This document shows positions 34,641 through 35,572 of a DNA stretch of 35,572 bases, in pieces. Both the position numbers and the translations under genes were made by a program. The stretch covers positions 22,087 through 57,658 of the forward strand of contig PS015254.1 in the NCBI GenBank assembly GCA_048213135.1, given 5' to 3'. Position 1 is the stretch's first letter. Every line of letters starts with the position of its first letter. The DNA is from Reclinomonas americana ATCC 50394. Its lineage: Eukaryota. Below the pieces are notes generated by a model. That model had not been told where the DNA came from. It searched no databases and saw only the letters and a list, made by a program, of their open reading frames with translations.

Positions 34641-35572
34641 TCATGGAGGCGGAGACGAGCCAGCAGCGGCGGCTTCGGCACTCGAGTAGCCCCACGCCAG
34701 GTTGCGACCCTTGTTGACGATGCGCAGCTCGCCTCTCGCCAAGCGCACCAGCAGACGGAAAATACGCAGCCACTCGGTGCGCTCGTCCTCCGAGGCGCAC
34801 TCCAAATCGAGAGTGCGTTCGTAGCCGCACACACTCAGGTAGAGGTCGGCCTTCTCCTTTTGCGCTCCGCGCTTCATCACTGGCGTGTGGGCGCCCTTGC
34901 GCACATCGAAAATGCCCTCCATGTCGATGCTGCCGTGCTTGTTCGCCTCAATGTCGCCCTCCTCTTCGTACCACACCAGGCAGCCGCGTGCCAGGTCCAG
35001 GCGGACCTGGGAGAAGGAAGATGGGAAAAGAGAGAAGGTGTAAGAGAGGGAAGGAACAAGAACACAGGAGGGTGAAGAGAGAAGAGAGAGAAAGGGTGTT
35101 TGAGAAAAGTGCTGTGCGAGACGACGGCAAGACAGTGCCAGAGAGCGAGAAGAGCAAGGTNNNNNNNNNNNNNNNNNNNNNNNNNNNNNNNNNNNNNNNN
35201 NNNNNNNNNNNNNNNNNNNNNNNNNNNNNNNNNNNNNNNNNNNNNNNNNNNNNNNNNNNNNNNNNNNNNNNNNNNNNNNNNNNAACCAGATCCCAAGGGA
35301 GCGAGAGAGAGAGAGAAGAACTGCAGGCATGGAAGCACACATCACAGCAAACTGCAACAGAGTACTCAGCAGAGAAGCCCCTTTGCTCACCGTTCGCTTG
35401 TGTGGACGCCCGCGCCGGCCGTGCTTCAGAAACACGTGACCTGCCAGCAAGCGATGCCACATTTCCTGCGAGCGCAGCAAGTCGGCGGCCTTCAATTGCT
35501 GTAAGCTGTCGTCCTCGCCCCTGCCACCGCCGCTGCCACTGCCACTGCCACCCGCCCAGTGCCGGTGGCCGA
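34641..35572 (-). CDS. 3' part of a protein with a C-terminal PH domain (PLC/Mcp5-like PH)
   Basis: GHVFLKHGRRGRPHKRT / VRLDLARGCLVW...IFDVRKGAHTPVMKR...LSVCGYERTLDLECASEDERTEW. The intron spans the gap 35161-35283; the 5' end is off-window. Confidence 0.85.
   Translation of the reverse strand, partial: GHRHWAGGSGSGSGGGRGEDDSLQQLKAADLLRSQEMWHRLLAGHVFLKHGRRGRPHKRTVSKGASLLSTLLQFAVMCASMPAVLLSLSRSLGIWXXXXXXXXXXXXXXXXXXXXXXXXXXXXXXXXXXXXXXXXXXPCSSRSLALSCRRLAQHFSQTPFLSLLSSPSCVLVPSLSYTFSLFPSSFSQVRLDLARGCLVWYEEEGDIEANKHGSIDMEGIFDVRKGAHTPVMKRGAQKEKADLYLSVCGYERTLDLECASEDERTEWLRIFRLLVRLARGELRIVNKGRNLAWGYSSAEAAAAGSSPPP

Overview
Gene-dense, GC-rich, intron-containing eukaryotic (protist-like) draft scaffold with many N-gaps; introns are mostly about 45-200 nt and rich in GT/CT microsatellites. 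Genes I can support: two tandem minus-strand TPR genes (one a TPR/coiled-coil/probable pseudokinase/RING protein), a GOLD-domain protein, eIF1/SUI1, an R2R3-type Myb, an unknown protein that may be SLOG-like, an AlkB-family dioxygenase head-to-head with an intronless cupin, Sly1/SCFD1, TAF1, a complex III core-2/MPP-alpha family protein, a glutathione S-transferase and the 3' end of a PH-domain gene. Three gap-bounded segments (7093-8256, 13530-14504, 28291-30783) are in the wrong orientation: flipping each one restores broken genes, with codon-exact or intron-completing joins. Other notable signals are a frequent atypical 5' splice site (GTTGCG[T]) and an eIF1 gene with a long 5' region holding candidate alternative and poison exons. 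All gene models were built by eye; no searches were run.
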